Below are positions 27,790 to 42,753 of a stretch of 64,000 nt of DNA, one piece after another (positions within the stretch are counted from its first letter, which is position 1; each line of letters opens with the position of its first letter). The notes beneath the pieces are model-generated. The model made no database searches, was not told the DNA's origin, and was given only the letters and a program-made list of their open reading frames with translations. A program made the position numbers and the translations under genes. Origin of the DNA: Geosiphon pyriformis uo1 (lineage: Eukaryota > Fungi > Glomeromycota); contig JAAOMT010000761.1 in assembly GCA_016748015.1 (NCBI GenBank), forward strand, positions 235,331-299,330. Direction: 5' to 3'.

Positions 27790-28585
27790 TAATGTAAAAA
27801 TATTCTAAACAAAATTTTACAATTTTTATAAAGATGTCGCCTAAGTGAATGAGGAAATAAACACTTGACAAAACTACGAAAAGGAGTTAGTGGTTTCATG
27901 ACCACCACCACATCACCACCACCTTATTCCCATTTTGCGACGATGCTGAACTTAAAAATTTGATGATTTTATAAGATCAGATAAGCATAATATTTTTTTG
28001 ATATCCTCACGAAAAGCTGCATATTTTTAACAAGTTAATGCAAATCATTTCTTATAAGTATGTCTCATCTCATATGTACAAATAAATAAACTCATATGCA
28101 CAGAAATGATGCCATGCATTGTAAAAAAATATTCCCAAAGAAAAATAAGGGTTGACTGAAATACATTAATGATAATTATAAATTATTTTGTTTTTTAGCT
28201 TGCTCAATAATGGAAATGATTTTTTTAACACCCGAATTATAAGTAGCAATTTAAAAACTCTGCGATTTACCCTTCCAACGTTTGATTTCCAATTATACAT
28301 TCCTTTTTTTTTCTTTTGACTTTTTGTCATTTTTCCTTTTCATCATCATTATCATCATCATCATCATCATCGTCATCATCATCATCATCATCATCATTAA
28401 ATCGAACGGGATATAAAAAACATTTAATAGTGAATTTTTCGTTGAATCATCCAATTCCGAAAATTCCCTTCTCCTTTTATCAAAAAATAAGGCCTTAATC
28501 AGAATAAATTTTTTTCAAAATTCATCTTCTTTATTCAAACAACCACTTTATGATTTTTTTTTAAAAAAGTTGAATAAATCGAAAA

Positions 28586-28918
28586 ATGAGTAGTTCTAAT
28601 GATGTAACCAAGGACAGCATTTATAGTAATGGCGGAGATAATCTTGAAAATTTTATTGGGATGGTTTTAATTGGCGCTAGTATCACTCTCACCGCGAATT
28701 CAGCATTAAGGATGGCGGTGTTACGAACCAGCGGCTCAAAAATGTTTCTTTTTCCAATTGTGAATGTCGCAATGCTGATTAATGAATTTGCAATGATTTT
28801 GATGATAATTTCCACGACAAGATTACTCAATAAAGACTGGTACAATTGGAATTCATTCATTAATAATGTCACATACTTTATTTGCAAGCCAACTCTTTTG
28901 TACCTTGCGTAAGTATTT

Positions 28919-28971
<53 letters not shown>

Positions 28972-29721
28972 TTTTATAATTTTCATAAATTCTTTTTGAT
29001 TTATATAATTGTTCTAAAAAAAAAAATTTTTTTTTTTTATTCTTTTATTTAATTCATTTTTAGCTTTCTACGATGTCGTGCAGTCTATGAACCATATCGA
29101 AGATATCGTTGGATACATTTCATAATTATTGCAATCCGTGCCATTCAATTATTAATTATAGTTATCGTAAATTTTTATGATATCGAAAAATGTGGTGGAT
29201 CTTTCCCGGGAACTGCCTGCGAGTCATATTACATAGTTTTCAAATTACGAGATGCTTTGGCACCTTTTTTTCGATTTTATTATCTCACCTCTGAATTAGT
29301 TTTTTACTTCAAATTATTTGGTACACTTAAAAAAATTCATTCTTCCGAATCACCAAATAATCAAGTTTTGCATTATCGCACTTATCAAACAATTTTATTC
29401 TCTCTCGATCTAACTATTTTAGTGGCAATGAGTGTTTATAGACTATTAGCCTTCGCACCAGTCACCCTACCAACCTATTATTATGCTGAATTATTTAGCT
29501 CCGCCTTAACTGTCTTTGTCATAACTGAATTCGGTCTTACAATTCCAGAACTTTTCAAATCTTCCACCGGTACAAATGGAAGCATAATTCCAACTTATAA
29601 CGCTCACATTTCAAGTTGGCAAAATCCAAATCGAGATTCGACTCCATTAAATTTAACAAATAAGAAAAAAACAACCCTTAGAAAAAATTTAAAAATTCCT
29701 CAAACACCACAAAATGTTCAC

Positions 29722-29757
<36 letters not shown>

Positions 29758-29919
29758 CCAGTAAAGCGACAAAGCTCCTTGGATAGAAATCATTCCTTAT
29801 TCGGCCATAATATTCGAATGACAAAACGTGATTTGATTTCAAGAGAACGTGGAAATTCCAAAGAAAATGATTTTATCAATCATGTTCCTTTGAGAATGTC
29901 AAAATTCTCGAACTTTTAA
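28586..29919 (+). CDS. Seven-transmembrane, GPCR-like membrane protein (~392 aa, 2 exons)
   Basis: Exons 28586-28908 and 29064-29919 join in frame (LYLA/FLRCRAVY). About seven hydrophobic segments, a Cys pair in the loop after segment 4 (KCGGSFPGTAC), and a long Ser/basic C-tail with poly-Ser encoded by (TCA)n. Confidence 0.75.
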
Positions 29920-31247
29920 AAAAAAGACAATGATTTATCAAAATATTTTTAATTGATCATCTTCTAGATCAAATAGCCTGTAATTTTTTTGATACTTTCC
30001 CAAGAGACATGATATAATTATTTTTCCATTTTCGCAAATCTCATTATTCCTGAAGCTAATTGATCGCTTACATTTATTTTTCTCACAATGGGTTGTTATT
30101 AGAAAAAACCGTTAAAAAAAAAATTATATTTATTTTCCTCGCCCTTCCTTTTTTTTTTTCTTTTTGAACTTTTAAACAAGGCCAATAAAATTTTATCATA
30201 CAAACGTCATTTTCTTTTCGCACTTTATTAAAAAAAAAAAGATCAAAGACTCGTACAATACACACACACAAGTTTCAATTCGTTTTCACACAAACCTAAT
30301 TTATGCCTATAAGTCAAATTGAAATTCTTTTTATGGTTGAAAAAAAAAAAATTTTTTTTTCCTTTCAAAAAACTCCTTATTACTCAAATCTATTTATAAA
30401 TATTATTAAAAAATTCTTTTTGAATTATACATACATACATACATAAATACATACATACATACATACATACATACATACATACATAAATAAATATATAAAG
30501 ACATACATACATAAAATACTTATTTTTTACATACATTCTTTTATACTTTACATATACATTCACATTAAAATATATACCCTAAAAACCGTTTAAACTTTAT
30601 TTTATTGCTTTTTTTTTTTTTACTATGATATTTTATTTTCGTTAACGTGATTTTTTTTCAGATCAGATTTGTATTCTTTTTCGTTTTTCAAAGATTTTTT
30701 TTTTTGGCAATATTTAATATGTTTTTTAAATTATAACCGTATCTTGCATTTCATCAAAGATTTCGCGATGCGATGCGATGCGACGCGACGATAATACCTA
30801 AAATATATATTTCGTGATCAATTTATCGTTCTTTTGCCCTTATTTTTAATCGAAAAATCAAAAAAAAAAATTTATTATTATTATTTTCAATATTATTTTC
30901 ATTATTATTATTATAATTTTTTGTACCCTTTTTCTGAATCAAATTAAGGAAAAAAAGGTGGTTCAATTATTCATTAATTTATTTTTTCCTAGCCAATGGT
31001 ACAAATACACATAAAATAAAATAATATAATATAAAATAATATAATTCATTTTTATTGAACGTATTTATTAGATTATGCAATAAACCCTTCCCCTACCCTC
31101 CTCCTACCCTCCGTTATTACGTTCAGATAAGTTTTCAAGAAGCTAGCAAGTTCAAATTCTTAAATATTTAGCAATCTAAGACACTATGAAGATTTTTGAT
31201 GGGCAAAATGAAAATAAAATATATATATTTTTGAATTATTGATATTA

Positions 31248-31309
<62 letters not shown>

Positions 31310-31439
31310 CAATTGGGAATTCGAAAACAAATAAATTATGTATATTAAAAAAAAAAATTTTTGAATTTATATTAGCCACAAATTTGGTTTTGATTTTGAT
31401 TTTGATTTTGATTTTTACAGGCAAAAGGCACTCACTTTA

Positions 31440-31572
31440 AATAAAATAAAAATAAAATAAAATAAAATAAAATAAAAATAAAATAAAATAAAATAAAATA
31501 AAATAAATAAATAAGTAAATAAAATAAAATAAAATGAAATAAATAAAATAAAATAAATAAATAAATAAATAA
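31440..31572. repeat. (AAAAT)n/(AAAT)n microsatellite
   Basis: Directly visible. Confidence 0.9.
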
Positions 31573-32437
31573 AGGTTTATTACAATAACCGTAATTCAAT
31601 TTTAATTAATTAAAAAACAAATCATTTGTTTTTCGTAAAAAATTACTTAATCAGGTGGGGGATCATGAAAATGATACACCGAATGGTTTTTATAAATCAA
31701 TCATTTAAAAGAAAAAACGCGTTCTAATAGATCTGGTTGATAGTTTATCAATAATATCTTTTATCACGTGAAATTTTTTGAATTTTGAAACTAAATGAAG
31801 CTTTGCTTTAAATATTACGCTACCAAATAATTGATGATAATCTTTTAAGAATACATTTTTCAAAATTAAAGATAGAAAGTTAATTAATTGAAGGAACTAT
31901 AACAATGACAAAACCTATCAATATATAAAAACTATCATTAATTATTGGTAGTATAATATTAAAAATCTTTTTTCTAAAACCCTACCAATAAATTACCCGT
32001 TCAATTGGAAACACTAGAAAAAAAAAATTTTCAATTCAAAAAAATCTTAATCGTTATCTGTCTCAGAAGTAATTAATAAATGTATCCTGTCAAGAATTAA
32101 AATCAAATTATTAATATTTCATTAAAAAAACTGTTGAAATAGGAGATTTACACAACGTTAAACTTTTCAAAAGAGATTTGAAAGTTGGAAAAAAAAAAAA
32201 AAAAAGTATCCTTAATCATTTTGAATAAAACAAAATAATTTCTTAAAATTTAAAATTGAAAGAGACCAATGGTACAGCCATTTATTAATAACTCTCATCA
32301 GCCTTATCTTAGAAAATATATATTTACAAAAGTAGAAAGGAAAGGAAGAAATTTCTCAAAACTATTATCTAAAAGTTGTTATTCTAAAAATGTCTTTGTT
32401 TGTATTCCCGATACAATTCCTCTTTCAAAATTTACCA

Positions 32438-33278
32438 CTAGTACCTTGCAGTAATTGACGGGGCCTTTCTAATAAACTTGCTTAATTCAACTTCTCTTAA
32501 AACAGCATTTACCACATCAGCTTTTGAAATTTTTACCCGTCCAGCAGCTTTATGTTTCTTCAATTTTTCTTTCAATAAATGTCGCTTGATTAAATTTTCA
32601 TTTTTTGGACCTTCACCCACTTTTATTATTGTCCAATCTAAATCCTCGGAATTTTCCACAATTGTTTTATCTCTTATTTGTTTGTCTTTATCTTTATTCG
32701 CAAATAATCTTGCAAAAAAACTATCGACTGTCGAGGTTTTATGAAATCGAACAACAATCAATCTTTTTACTCCAAGCTTGGACATGCTATCATTGATTAG
32801 ACGTTGAGTTAGGGAACATTCTAACCGACTCCATGATTTTCGTGGTGAAAGACAATTTATAACAGCGTCTTGACCTTCGATCACTTTATCGAGGTCGGAA
32901 AGAGAAAAGATGGAACCTAGGCAGACTACTAAATTTGGGTTTCGAAGTTGTTGTTGGGTGAAAGGAAGTTTATGGTCATTTTGAACGAGTATAGTTACTC
33001 GGTATGAAGCATCAAGAGCTTTTCGAACAACGCGACTTCCCAAACGGTTACTTGCTCCGAGCACTAGAAAAATATTATTAATAATAATTAGGATTAATTG
33101 TCAAATTTACTTCAAGATTCAAAATTTCTCCTTCATGAAAAACAGAAAGAAGCTCACCAAGAATATGTTGACCACGCGTGGAGCCCAGTGAAAATAATTC
33201 GTGATTTAAGGAGGAAATAGGATCGGAAGATTCCAATCCTTGAATCGGTAGTGACGAGCGACTAACGATATTAATCAT
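32438..33278 (-). CDS. Flavin reductase/biliverdin reductase B-like NAD(P)-binding protein, divergent paralog (~248 aa, 2 exons)
   Basis: Exons 33278-33158 and 33063-32438 give RGQHIL/VLGASNRLGSRVVRKAL, VIEGQDAVINCL, GVKRLIVV, LDWTII and KISKADV. Confidence 0.85.
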
Positions 33279-33786
33279 GTTGTCGAATGAAAATTATGTT
33301 TTTTCAAAGAAAAATTTTTGAGGTTAAAAATTATAGTTATTTAGAGAGTGAGAAAACCCGAGACTTTGAAATGTCGATTAATTTTTGTTTTTGCGTAAAA
33401 AAAATTTTTTTTGGGTCAAGTTACTGCTCCATATATATATATATATACACACAACGAAAAATTTATGCATATAAATTTTTGCACAGACGAAGTCTGTACG
33501 AATAAATCCCGCATCGATTCTTGGGGAAAAGGGTTAACTTAAAATGTCATTGAGGATTTTTTTGGCCTACAACGCTTGCATCATTTCCAAAAGTATTATT
33601 GGTAAAAATGAGATTATGTCAAGTTACCATTGTGTTACTGCTTTTGGTAATCAATTTGGTAATATTTATATTTTTTACCATTGATTGGACCCTTTATTCG
33701 GAGAATTACATTAACTATTTAAAATATATGTACGTAAAAATCGATTCATCCGCTGATATTCAGAATAAGTTTTTATTAATGATATC

Positions 33787-33830
<44 letters not shown>

Positions 33831-36001
33831 CATTATTAATAGAAATATTTTTTAAAAAAAAAGGCCAAAAAGATACTTTGAAAGATATCTAATGAGTAAA
33901 TCATTAAAAAAATATCCTTTACAAATTATGTTAAAAATAAATTTTCGTTTCACCAAAAAATATATATATTAAATATTCACCATTCAAGATTCGTAGAATG
34001 GGGTTTTCAATCGGGTGAATTATTATTCACTTCTTTTTCTTAAAATGTATTAACAATATTTATTGTTGATTGTAAATTTAACGAGATTATGCACGTGGTG
34101 ATATTTCTAATATTTTTCAAATGCATTTTGTATTTAGATTTTAAAAATATACTCGAATAGGGTAGAATTAGATAAGCATTGAACAGAAAACCCCCACATT
34201 TTTTTACTTGATATAGTAAAAATAATTTTCAATGAGTACATAGTGCATTCAAATTAAGCATTCAAACTTGATCACAAATTTTATAGTGTGTCCCTCAAAA
34301 TTAATCATCATCATCATCATCATAAGATCCAAAGAAAGTTGTGAATTAATTTTGCATACGAAAAAATTTGTAAAAAATTCCATTCAGAATGTATGCATTA
34401 AATAATTTTTTTGAATAAAAATCTTGAGATTATAATGCAAAGATTGAATAAGATATTAAAGTTTAAGTTTATGTAATGAAATAAATTTTGAAATGTAAAG
34501 AACGAATCAATTGACTTTTTCATTTATGTTTAAAACCGTTTTTGAATGCTATGTAACAAAAAAAAATTTATTCTTGTTTCTTAAAACTTAAAAAGATTTT
34601 TGATTGATTAGATTTTATTGATTTTATTGATTTTATTGATTTTCTTAATTCAAATCTCCATAGAAAAATCAATGGTAGAAAATATATATATATTTTTACT
34701 GATAATGTCTCACAAATTATATTATTCATTTTCTATTTTTTATGAACATGTAATAAAAAATTTTCAAATTCATACTTGTGATTATATATTTTTTATATAT
34801 ATACATTCGAAATCATTGATCTATTCTTTAAGGGTAATTGATAAGATTACTGTTTTTCCCCGATCAACTCTGTTGTCAATAAGCATATGATGTCATTGAA
34901 AATATTTTGAATGCACTGTAAATATTGTTCAATTATTGATAGCATGCATTTGTAAAAACTATTTTTGGAAGATCGTAAATCAATCGGGCAGGTATGCATA
35001 AATGCATGAAATCTTTGATAGACACAAGAAAGTCTCATATTTAGGTTAATTATTTTCAGTAAAGAACCAATGAAAAAAAAATAAAGTTCAATCAAACGAG
35101 AATTAGGGTAAAAAAAAATTGAGTACATTTTTCATTTTCAAGAATTCGTTAAAAAAAATCCAACACAATTTTTTTTTACCTTTTTTTTTAGTGTAACACT
35201 GAATAAGTACTCATTTTTCAAAGGAAAACCCGATTGTTGTAATCTTTGATCATGTATTTTCTGCGTTTACTAAAATTTGTATTAATTTAGCACACTTCCA
35301 TGCTTTGATGAGTGTACATGATTCTTATTGATGCTGCTATTTTGAACTAGTTCAAATGAATAATTGAAATTTTTTTACGGTACTCGGGAAAAATTTAAGC
35401 GTTTAATTTTGTAATTCTTAAAAACTTTAAAATTTTTGTGAGTCTGGCAAATGGGTAAAATAAAACCCCTCCACACACACACACACATCCCCCCCTCCCC
35501 CCCTAAAAAATAATCACATAATTATATAGTTTGAACCAATAATTGAAAGTATTAAAATAAATTTTATTCAACTTATAATAGTCTAATAATAAAAAATTAT
35601 ATCAAGTTTATACCTCACGTTATGTATCGTTTTTCCACTTGAATTTCCTTAATATGATAAAGATTTTTCATGTAAAAGGTGGATCATGCGTAAAGTATTC
35701 CTAGTTTTAATTAAATTATAAATGTCAAGTGAAAAGTATTACTTTTTATGATTATATTATAGCTTTTTACTTAACTGATAGATTTTTTGGTTAGCCGGCT
35801 GAATCTAAAAGGCAATTATTCAAAGAGAATACGAATAATCGGATGTGAGAATAAAATTGATTGAATATGATGATATGATAATAAAGTCAACATTTGAAAT
35901 AAATATATTAAATGAAGCAAAAAGCAAATTAAAAATAGGTTCAGGTAATAGAATTCAAAAAAATTGTAAAACTTGAGCACCGATATTTTAACTGATTTCA
36001 A

Positions 36002-36057
<56 letters not shown>

Positions 36058-37337
36058 GTAAGCTGCTTGTCTCGTTTCAACTTTTTCTATTTGAAGATAG
36101 AACACAAAAAGCGTCTAAACAAATTTATCTAACGTCAAGAAAAACTTTAAAAATTTCCTTGGCAACAAATATTTTAATCTCTTTTATTTAAAAGTTATTA
36201 TTGAAATTTGTATTATTTAAATCATTGAGATTCAGAAAGATATTATTTTCATTTTATAAAAACTCTCATTCAGTTATAAAAGAGTTTATCGTAAAAAAAA
36301 AAAACTTCTCATAAGGTAGAATGACTTTATAAATTATATTAAGTGTGCTTTGTGGGGGGGATTCAAATTATGATTGCTGCCTTGAAATAATAATTAGTCA
36401 TGTTCCCAAATTAATTGGAATGATTTATTAAAGTACTGTTCATTTTAAGTTATATCATAAGACATTATCCAATTTTCACGTTAAACATTTACATTCAAGC
36501 CAATTATTATAACTTTTTAATTTTAAATAACAAAAGAAAAATATTTTGATTTAAATATCATCTGTATAAAATTTACATTTTTTCAAAGATGGCTAATTAT
36601 ATATTTGATGAGTTCGTTCGTTCGTTCGTTAGTATGAACAACTATTTTTCAAAATTTATTCCATTAAAATTTCAATGATGATAAGGTAAGGTTGAAAGTT
36701 GTGAAAGCAAAAATTTATGAAAATGTATGATAACCAATAACAAATATGGTGAGTTTAACTTGGAAAAAAAAAAAAAAACTTTTTTTTACCTCCCAAAATC
36801 ATTTTGAAAAAAAGTTTGGATGTTTTGTTTTCAATTTATAAATAGCCAGTAGAATAAATATTAAAGAGATGAGAATTTAAATTATTCGAAAAAATACTTA
36901 TTACTTGCTTTTGAAAAAAAAATTCATGCATCACGAATCAAATGCAGGACCAGTTTGCTTCTTCGGCCATCCAACTATAATTTATTTTAAAAAATTTTTA
37001 AGGAACCCTTTGTAAAAAACTTTATGAAAAATATTAACTTTAATTTTAAATCTATATATATATATATATATATAATGAGATAACTGGATGAATTCAGGAA
37101 TTTCAAGAAAAATGTCATTTCTAAATTTGAGTCAACTTTTACAACAATTCAATGTTTGGTTAGCAATTTTTCAACAATATTTTTGGCCTAAACAAAAATT
37201 ATCATGCAAAATACTTTCGGTTCCAAACGAAATTTGGTTTCCGGTTTTCGAAGAAATTTTTAATAAAGGATCTGATGTTTTAAAATGGTACCTATACAAA
37301 AATTATTTGATCAAAACTATAGAAATAATAATAATAC

Positions 37338-37404
<67 letters not shown>

Positions 37405-40260
37405 CCTATTTTAAATGTTAGAGAATCATATTATGGCTATAATGACGGACATAAGAAATATCAAGATTCCTGATAACTTAATAAAATCTTCCATCCCCAG
37501 AATTAGGGGAGGTTTTATTCAAATTTTGCACGTTGATTAGTTAAAAAAGTTTAAGCACAAATTAATCTGATTTATTTTTTGAATATTTAATAAAAGAAAT
37601 GATATTAAAATTCAAAGACTGAAATATTTTGGAGGTTATTAAATTATATTTAACTAGTTACTTTTAAAGTTGGAAACAGATTATATTTATTCAAAGATAT
37701 ATATGTCATGATAAAATTTTTGTAATCCAAAAGAATTATTGAAAATAATACCAGCAATAATCTATAGTTTGTCTAAAGCTTTTAAGATTATATAAAAATA
37801 TATTGATAGTTATTAAACTCTTTCTAAATTAAGCTTATATAGACCAAACTTTAGTTTTAGTTATTTCAACCTTTTCTAGGAATTCAATCATCAAAAATCA
37901 ATCAATCAATCATCAAAAATAAAAAATTGATAATTGTTTACCCATTTCCATGATTGTCATGATTTTTAATAAATCATACTAAAAATGAGCCTGACCTGGT
38001 AAATGTAATCCATTCAAGGGTTTTTCGGTAAATATTAAAAATTTTTACTTAAATAACTTGATCATTTGATATACACACGATTTTTGATTAATTTTCAATA
38101 TATTTACCCATCTTTAAACCTATTAAATTTTGCGCCTAATTTTTAACTCTATACCCCAAATCAATTTTTTCCCGTAATCGCTGATGGTAATTTTGAAAGA
38201 AATTTTAAATGTAAATTTTTTAAGGATGAGATTGACTTTGTTTAAAATTTGTATTTTTTTTTTTAAAATAAAAAACTCCCATTTTAATTAGGACTGGATT
38301 TGTGACCAAATTATATTTTAGTGTAATTCAATATTTCAATCTTTTTTTAACTTTATCGTCAGATCAGTTTTTTTAACATTCTCTACCTCTGTTCTAAGGA
38401 GAACCAGTACTCTTTATGGAATTTCATTTCCCTCTATGATTTCAAGATCTTTTAGAATTCTCTTCATCATCACAAATATTATTATATATTCTTGTAATTT
38501 ACTATTTTCTACATAAATGAAGACTATATAAAGATATCTCATCTATTTTTTTCCAATAAAGATTTTTTTGAAATGATTTTCGACCATTTAAGTTTATGAT
38601 CGCGATGCAACTAAACCACATGGCCATTTCACGGGGTAACAGGTTATACCAAAGAAACGAATGATTTTTTAATTGCCAATAATTAAATGTAACTTAATAA
38701 CAATATGGTGATCACACAAACACTGTTGGAGAATTTTTGAAAAAAAAATTTTTTTTTTTTTTTCATGAAATCCAAAAATATATTGAATTCCCTAAAATTG
38801 TATTTTAATACGAAAACTTTATATTGTGTTTAATATTTTCTGTCTAGTGACTGTTAATATTTGAGACATATTAAAAGGTTAAATTTTTTGAAGCCACTGA
38901 TTAGATAAAACCACACCTACAATATTCACTTTTCAATAAAGATATTTTCTACTCTCAAAACAAAATCTTTTGATTGGACTTTTTAATAAAAAAAATTATG
39001 ACTTCAAACCCCAAAATTGAGCTCATTAAATTTTCAATAATGAAAAGCAATATAAAATCTTTAAATTTACATTTCTCGTTTTTATATCACCCTCATCTTT
39101 AAAATTAACGAGGTCTTCTTTGATTAATTAATTAAGTTTAAAACCAAAAAGCCAAAAGAATTTTTACCCTTAAAATTTATAAAACTCTGAAAACCACGGG
39201 ACGTCGAATAAGATTATTTTGAAAATTGTGTTTTTACGATCCAGAAGAAATGTGACGCAAAAGAATTTTTTTTTTTTTTTTTTTTAATGGTGGTCAAGAT
39301 AATTCACAATAAACAATCAAACTTTAAAATCGGCCAAAAAGGTATAATCAATACGATTTTCATTTTTTTTATTTTTTTTCAAGGAAAGAGAAAAGAAAAT
39401 CATCAATCTTTTCAATTTCAAAATCATTTATTTCTAACTCAATTTTTACACGAATTCGGGGAAAGGTGAACGAAGAACAAAGTTTCAAAACGCGGCTGTG
39501 GAACAAAATCACTGTTACATTGTTACTTTTAAAATCATGAATCTTCAATCGGTGTCAATTCCCCAGTGTAGGAATCTCAATAGTTTATAAATTAATGAAT
39601 AGTTTATCCGAAATACTCAAACCAATGAAATGATTTACAACTTGCTTATCAGAACTATAAAGTTATTACACCCGCCTAGCGCAACTGAATACGTGTAACA
39701 ACCCATATCATGGTAATTTTAAAATTATGCAATCATTTTTTGCTTCCCGAACCAATCTAGACGGACCATCTTTTATTTATTTATTTATTTATTTATTTAT
39801 TCTTTAATTTCTTGTTTGACTTAAATAGCTACCAATTGGAATGAAAGAAACATACCAATCTCGCTAACTTTTTTTTTTTCATTATTATTAATGTCTCTGA
39901 GCTTTGTACTTTTTTTAATATATATATAAAACTTTAATTTTTTTGTTCGGGTTTTCACACACTGGAATTTTTAAGTATTTATCAAGTTTACAATGTTTAA
40001 AAAGATCAGATATTAAATTTCTTGTTATTTAAACATTTAAAAAGGGTGACATTGCACTTGTTTTTTTTTTTTGGATAAAATTTTTTCTTTCATTATTCGA
40101 AACTCCTTTTACCAATACTTTCCGTTTTATTTATCCAAAACCATTTTAGATGTTTTTTAGATTCATTATATTTAATTTTTCATTCAACCCTAACAATCAT
40201 TTCCCCCTAACATTTGAACATTTTCTTCAATAATAAAAAAATAAAAAATCTGCTCATTAA

Positions 40261-40593
40261 ATGTCAAAAAAATCACCACGTGTTAAACGCCTCTCCCTGA
40301 AATCACGACGAGGAACCGTTAAACGTGTTGGTTACCCCAAATTACGACTCGTTAAAGGTGGCTCTCTAATTATGGCGTTTAACAAAGAAATTCACCCAAG
40401 TTTTGAGCTACCAGTTGAACGCTTCCAAAAGAAAACCTCATCAAACACTTTTACCTTTCCAAACAATCCGGATGATTTCTTGCCTAACACTATGAGAGGC
40501 AAGCATATTTTAGGTAAATAAATTTATACCTTTGTTTTGTTAATGAATGAATGAATGATTGAATGATTGAATGAATGATTGAATGAATGAATG

Positions 40594-40632
<39 letters not shown>

Positions 40633-41291
40633 CTTCTTTTTTCATAGTTCTTGGAGCTACAGGCCGTCTTGGAAGCTTAGTTGTACAACAAGCCTTAGAA
40701 TCCTCGTATCATGTAACAATACTAGTACGAAATGATCGTAACCTTCCATTCACATCAAAGCATTTAAGAAATCCAAACTTAGTAACCTGGGTCGGTTCTC
40801 CTCTCTCGCGGGAAACACTAGATCAAGTAGTTGAGGGTAAAGATGCAGTCATAAACTGTATTGGTCCAAGTATATTTCGTGATCATGACATTTGTTCACG
40901 TGTGCAAAAAGTATTAAACGAAAGTATGTCGGCAAAAGGAGTTCGACGTTTGATTGCTATCACATCACAAGGATGCGGTGATAGTGGCCGTCGCGTAAAA
41001 CCTATTCAACACTTTTTTGGAAGATTATTCGCAGGAAAGATTATGGATGATAAAACGGTACAAGAAGAAATTATAATTAAAAGAGAAGATCTAAATTGGA
41101 CCATAATAAGACCTGGAATATTATGTAATGGGAAATTAACACGACGTTATCGAATAAATGAGTATTTAACCTGTATGAAAGTGAATCGAGCTGATGTAGC
41201 ATATTTTATTATGGCAGAACTGAGGACTAGTATGTGGTTAAAAAGAAAACCAACTATTAATGGTTACAAGAGATATATGTTCATGGGATGA
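40261..41291 (+). CDS. Flavin reductase/biliverdin reductase B-like NAD(P)H-binding oxidoreductase (~298 aa, 2 exons)
   Basis: Exons 40261-40513 and 40648-41291. RGKHIL/VLGATGRLG (GxxGxxG), VEGKDAVINCIG, GVRRLIAITSQG, DKTVQE, LNWTIIRPG, VNRADVA. The intron holds a (TGAA)/(TGAT)n microsatellite. Confidence 0.92.
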
Positions 41292-41875
41292 TGAAATTCG
41301 AAAAATGCTAAAATTTTAGCACGGCTAAAAATTTTTACTATAGACAATGTAAATAGTACACCTTTTAATGAGAATTTTAAAAATCATACAACCAACTGTC
41401 TTTTTACGAAAGACAATATTAATTCAAGCTTTTAAAACTTGAATCACTTTTATGAAAATATTTTCAAAGTGCCAATTTTCATATTCACTTTGTACCATTC
41501 AATTTTTTGCAATGAATCTAACGAACAGATTTTCCACCTTCTTTTAAAATAATTAATACGACGGATTTAATTCGAATGTTTAACACACTCATGAATAATT
41601 TCGTATTGCAATAGAAATTTGTATAATTTCATTAAAGCTGATTTCCTAAATTGTTTTGATCATATTTTTTCGGAAACTGTTTATATATATTTGATATAAT
41701 AAAACGTATAGGAAACTTTAATTATTGAAATTCTGAACACAGTCTTTAGATAAAGCAATTTTAATAATTATTATATTAAAAATTATTTATCTCCTTTTCA
41801 AATGTTGTCAAAAATGTTTTTTCTAATAAAAATTTAAAATTAATAAATATTTTAAAGGTTTCGTTTGTTGCATCA

Positions 41876-41917
<42 letters not shown>

Positions 41918-42753
41918 GTAATAACACTTTTGGAAAAAAATCATGTAAAATGTTTTTTGAATTTGAAAATGCATAGAAAAAAAAGATTTTTTTTATTATT
42001 AATAATTTTTAATTCAAATTGAAAATATATTTTGTTTTATAAAATTTTAAATTTTATTTTCAACTATTTAAAAATTAAAATTTAAATCAAAAATTTTTAA
42101 AAAATAAACTATAAGTTAAACCATTAATCTTATTTATAATTTAATAAAAAAATTAAATATTTTAAAAAAATTTATATACAAAATAATTAACATATTTATA
42201 CAATTATATATTAAATAAATTTTTTTTAATAATAATAATAATAATAAATTTTTTCAAAGTTTAAATTGATTTATTAAATATGATTATATTTATTTCTATT
42301 TTTATAAATTATTTTTTTAATTATTTTTTATTTAAATTTATGGTTTTTATTTAAAAAAAAAATTAATACTTTATTTTATCTTTAAATAAATTTGATTAAA
42401 CTTATTATTAAATTCTATATTAATTTAACAAATTTTAATTTCTTGATTTACAATTTAAATTATTTCTATTTAAAACTTATTTAATATTTATAATGTTTAT
42501 AATTATTTTTTGCAATAATTAAAATTAATTTAAATTTTTAAAAAAAATTTGGTAGAATAAACACTAAATTATATGAGGTAAATCTAACATCTTCTTCTTT
42601 GACTGGTAAAAGGAAATATTTCTTAAAATCTTGAAATCTTTTGAGCTCACAAAGTCAAAAAATAAATAAATTTCTGATATGATCAATGAGATTTAATTAA
42701 AATCTTTTGAGCTCTAATTTTTTCTCGCAAAAATTGATTTTAGTTTTTTAAGT

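Noticed and set aside
35973-37473. Poly-Leu/poly-Ile ORFs (35973-36191, 37088-37414, 37285-37473; also 28621-28986 and 45676-45888)
   Set aside because: Open frames are created by (ATT)n microsatellites. The 37088 ORF has a faint F-box-like ILSVPNEIW stretch, but I could not build a spliced model.
41306-41321. Perfect 16-bp palindrome TGCTAAAATTTTAGCA after the reductase stop
   Set aside because: Short and AT-rich with no second instance; no function supportable.
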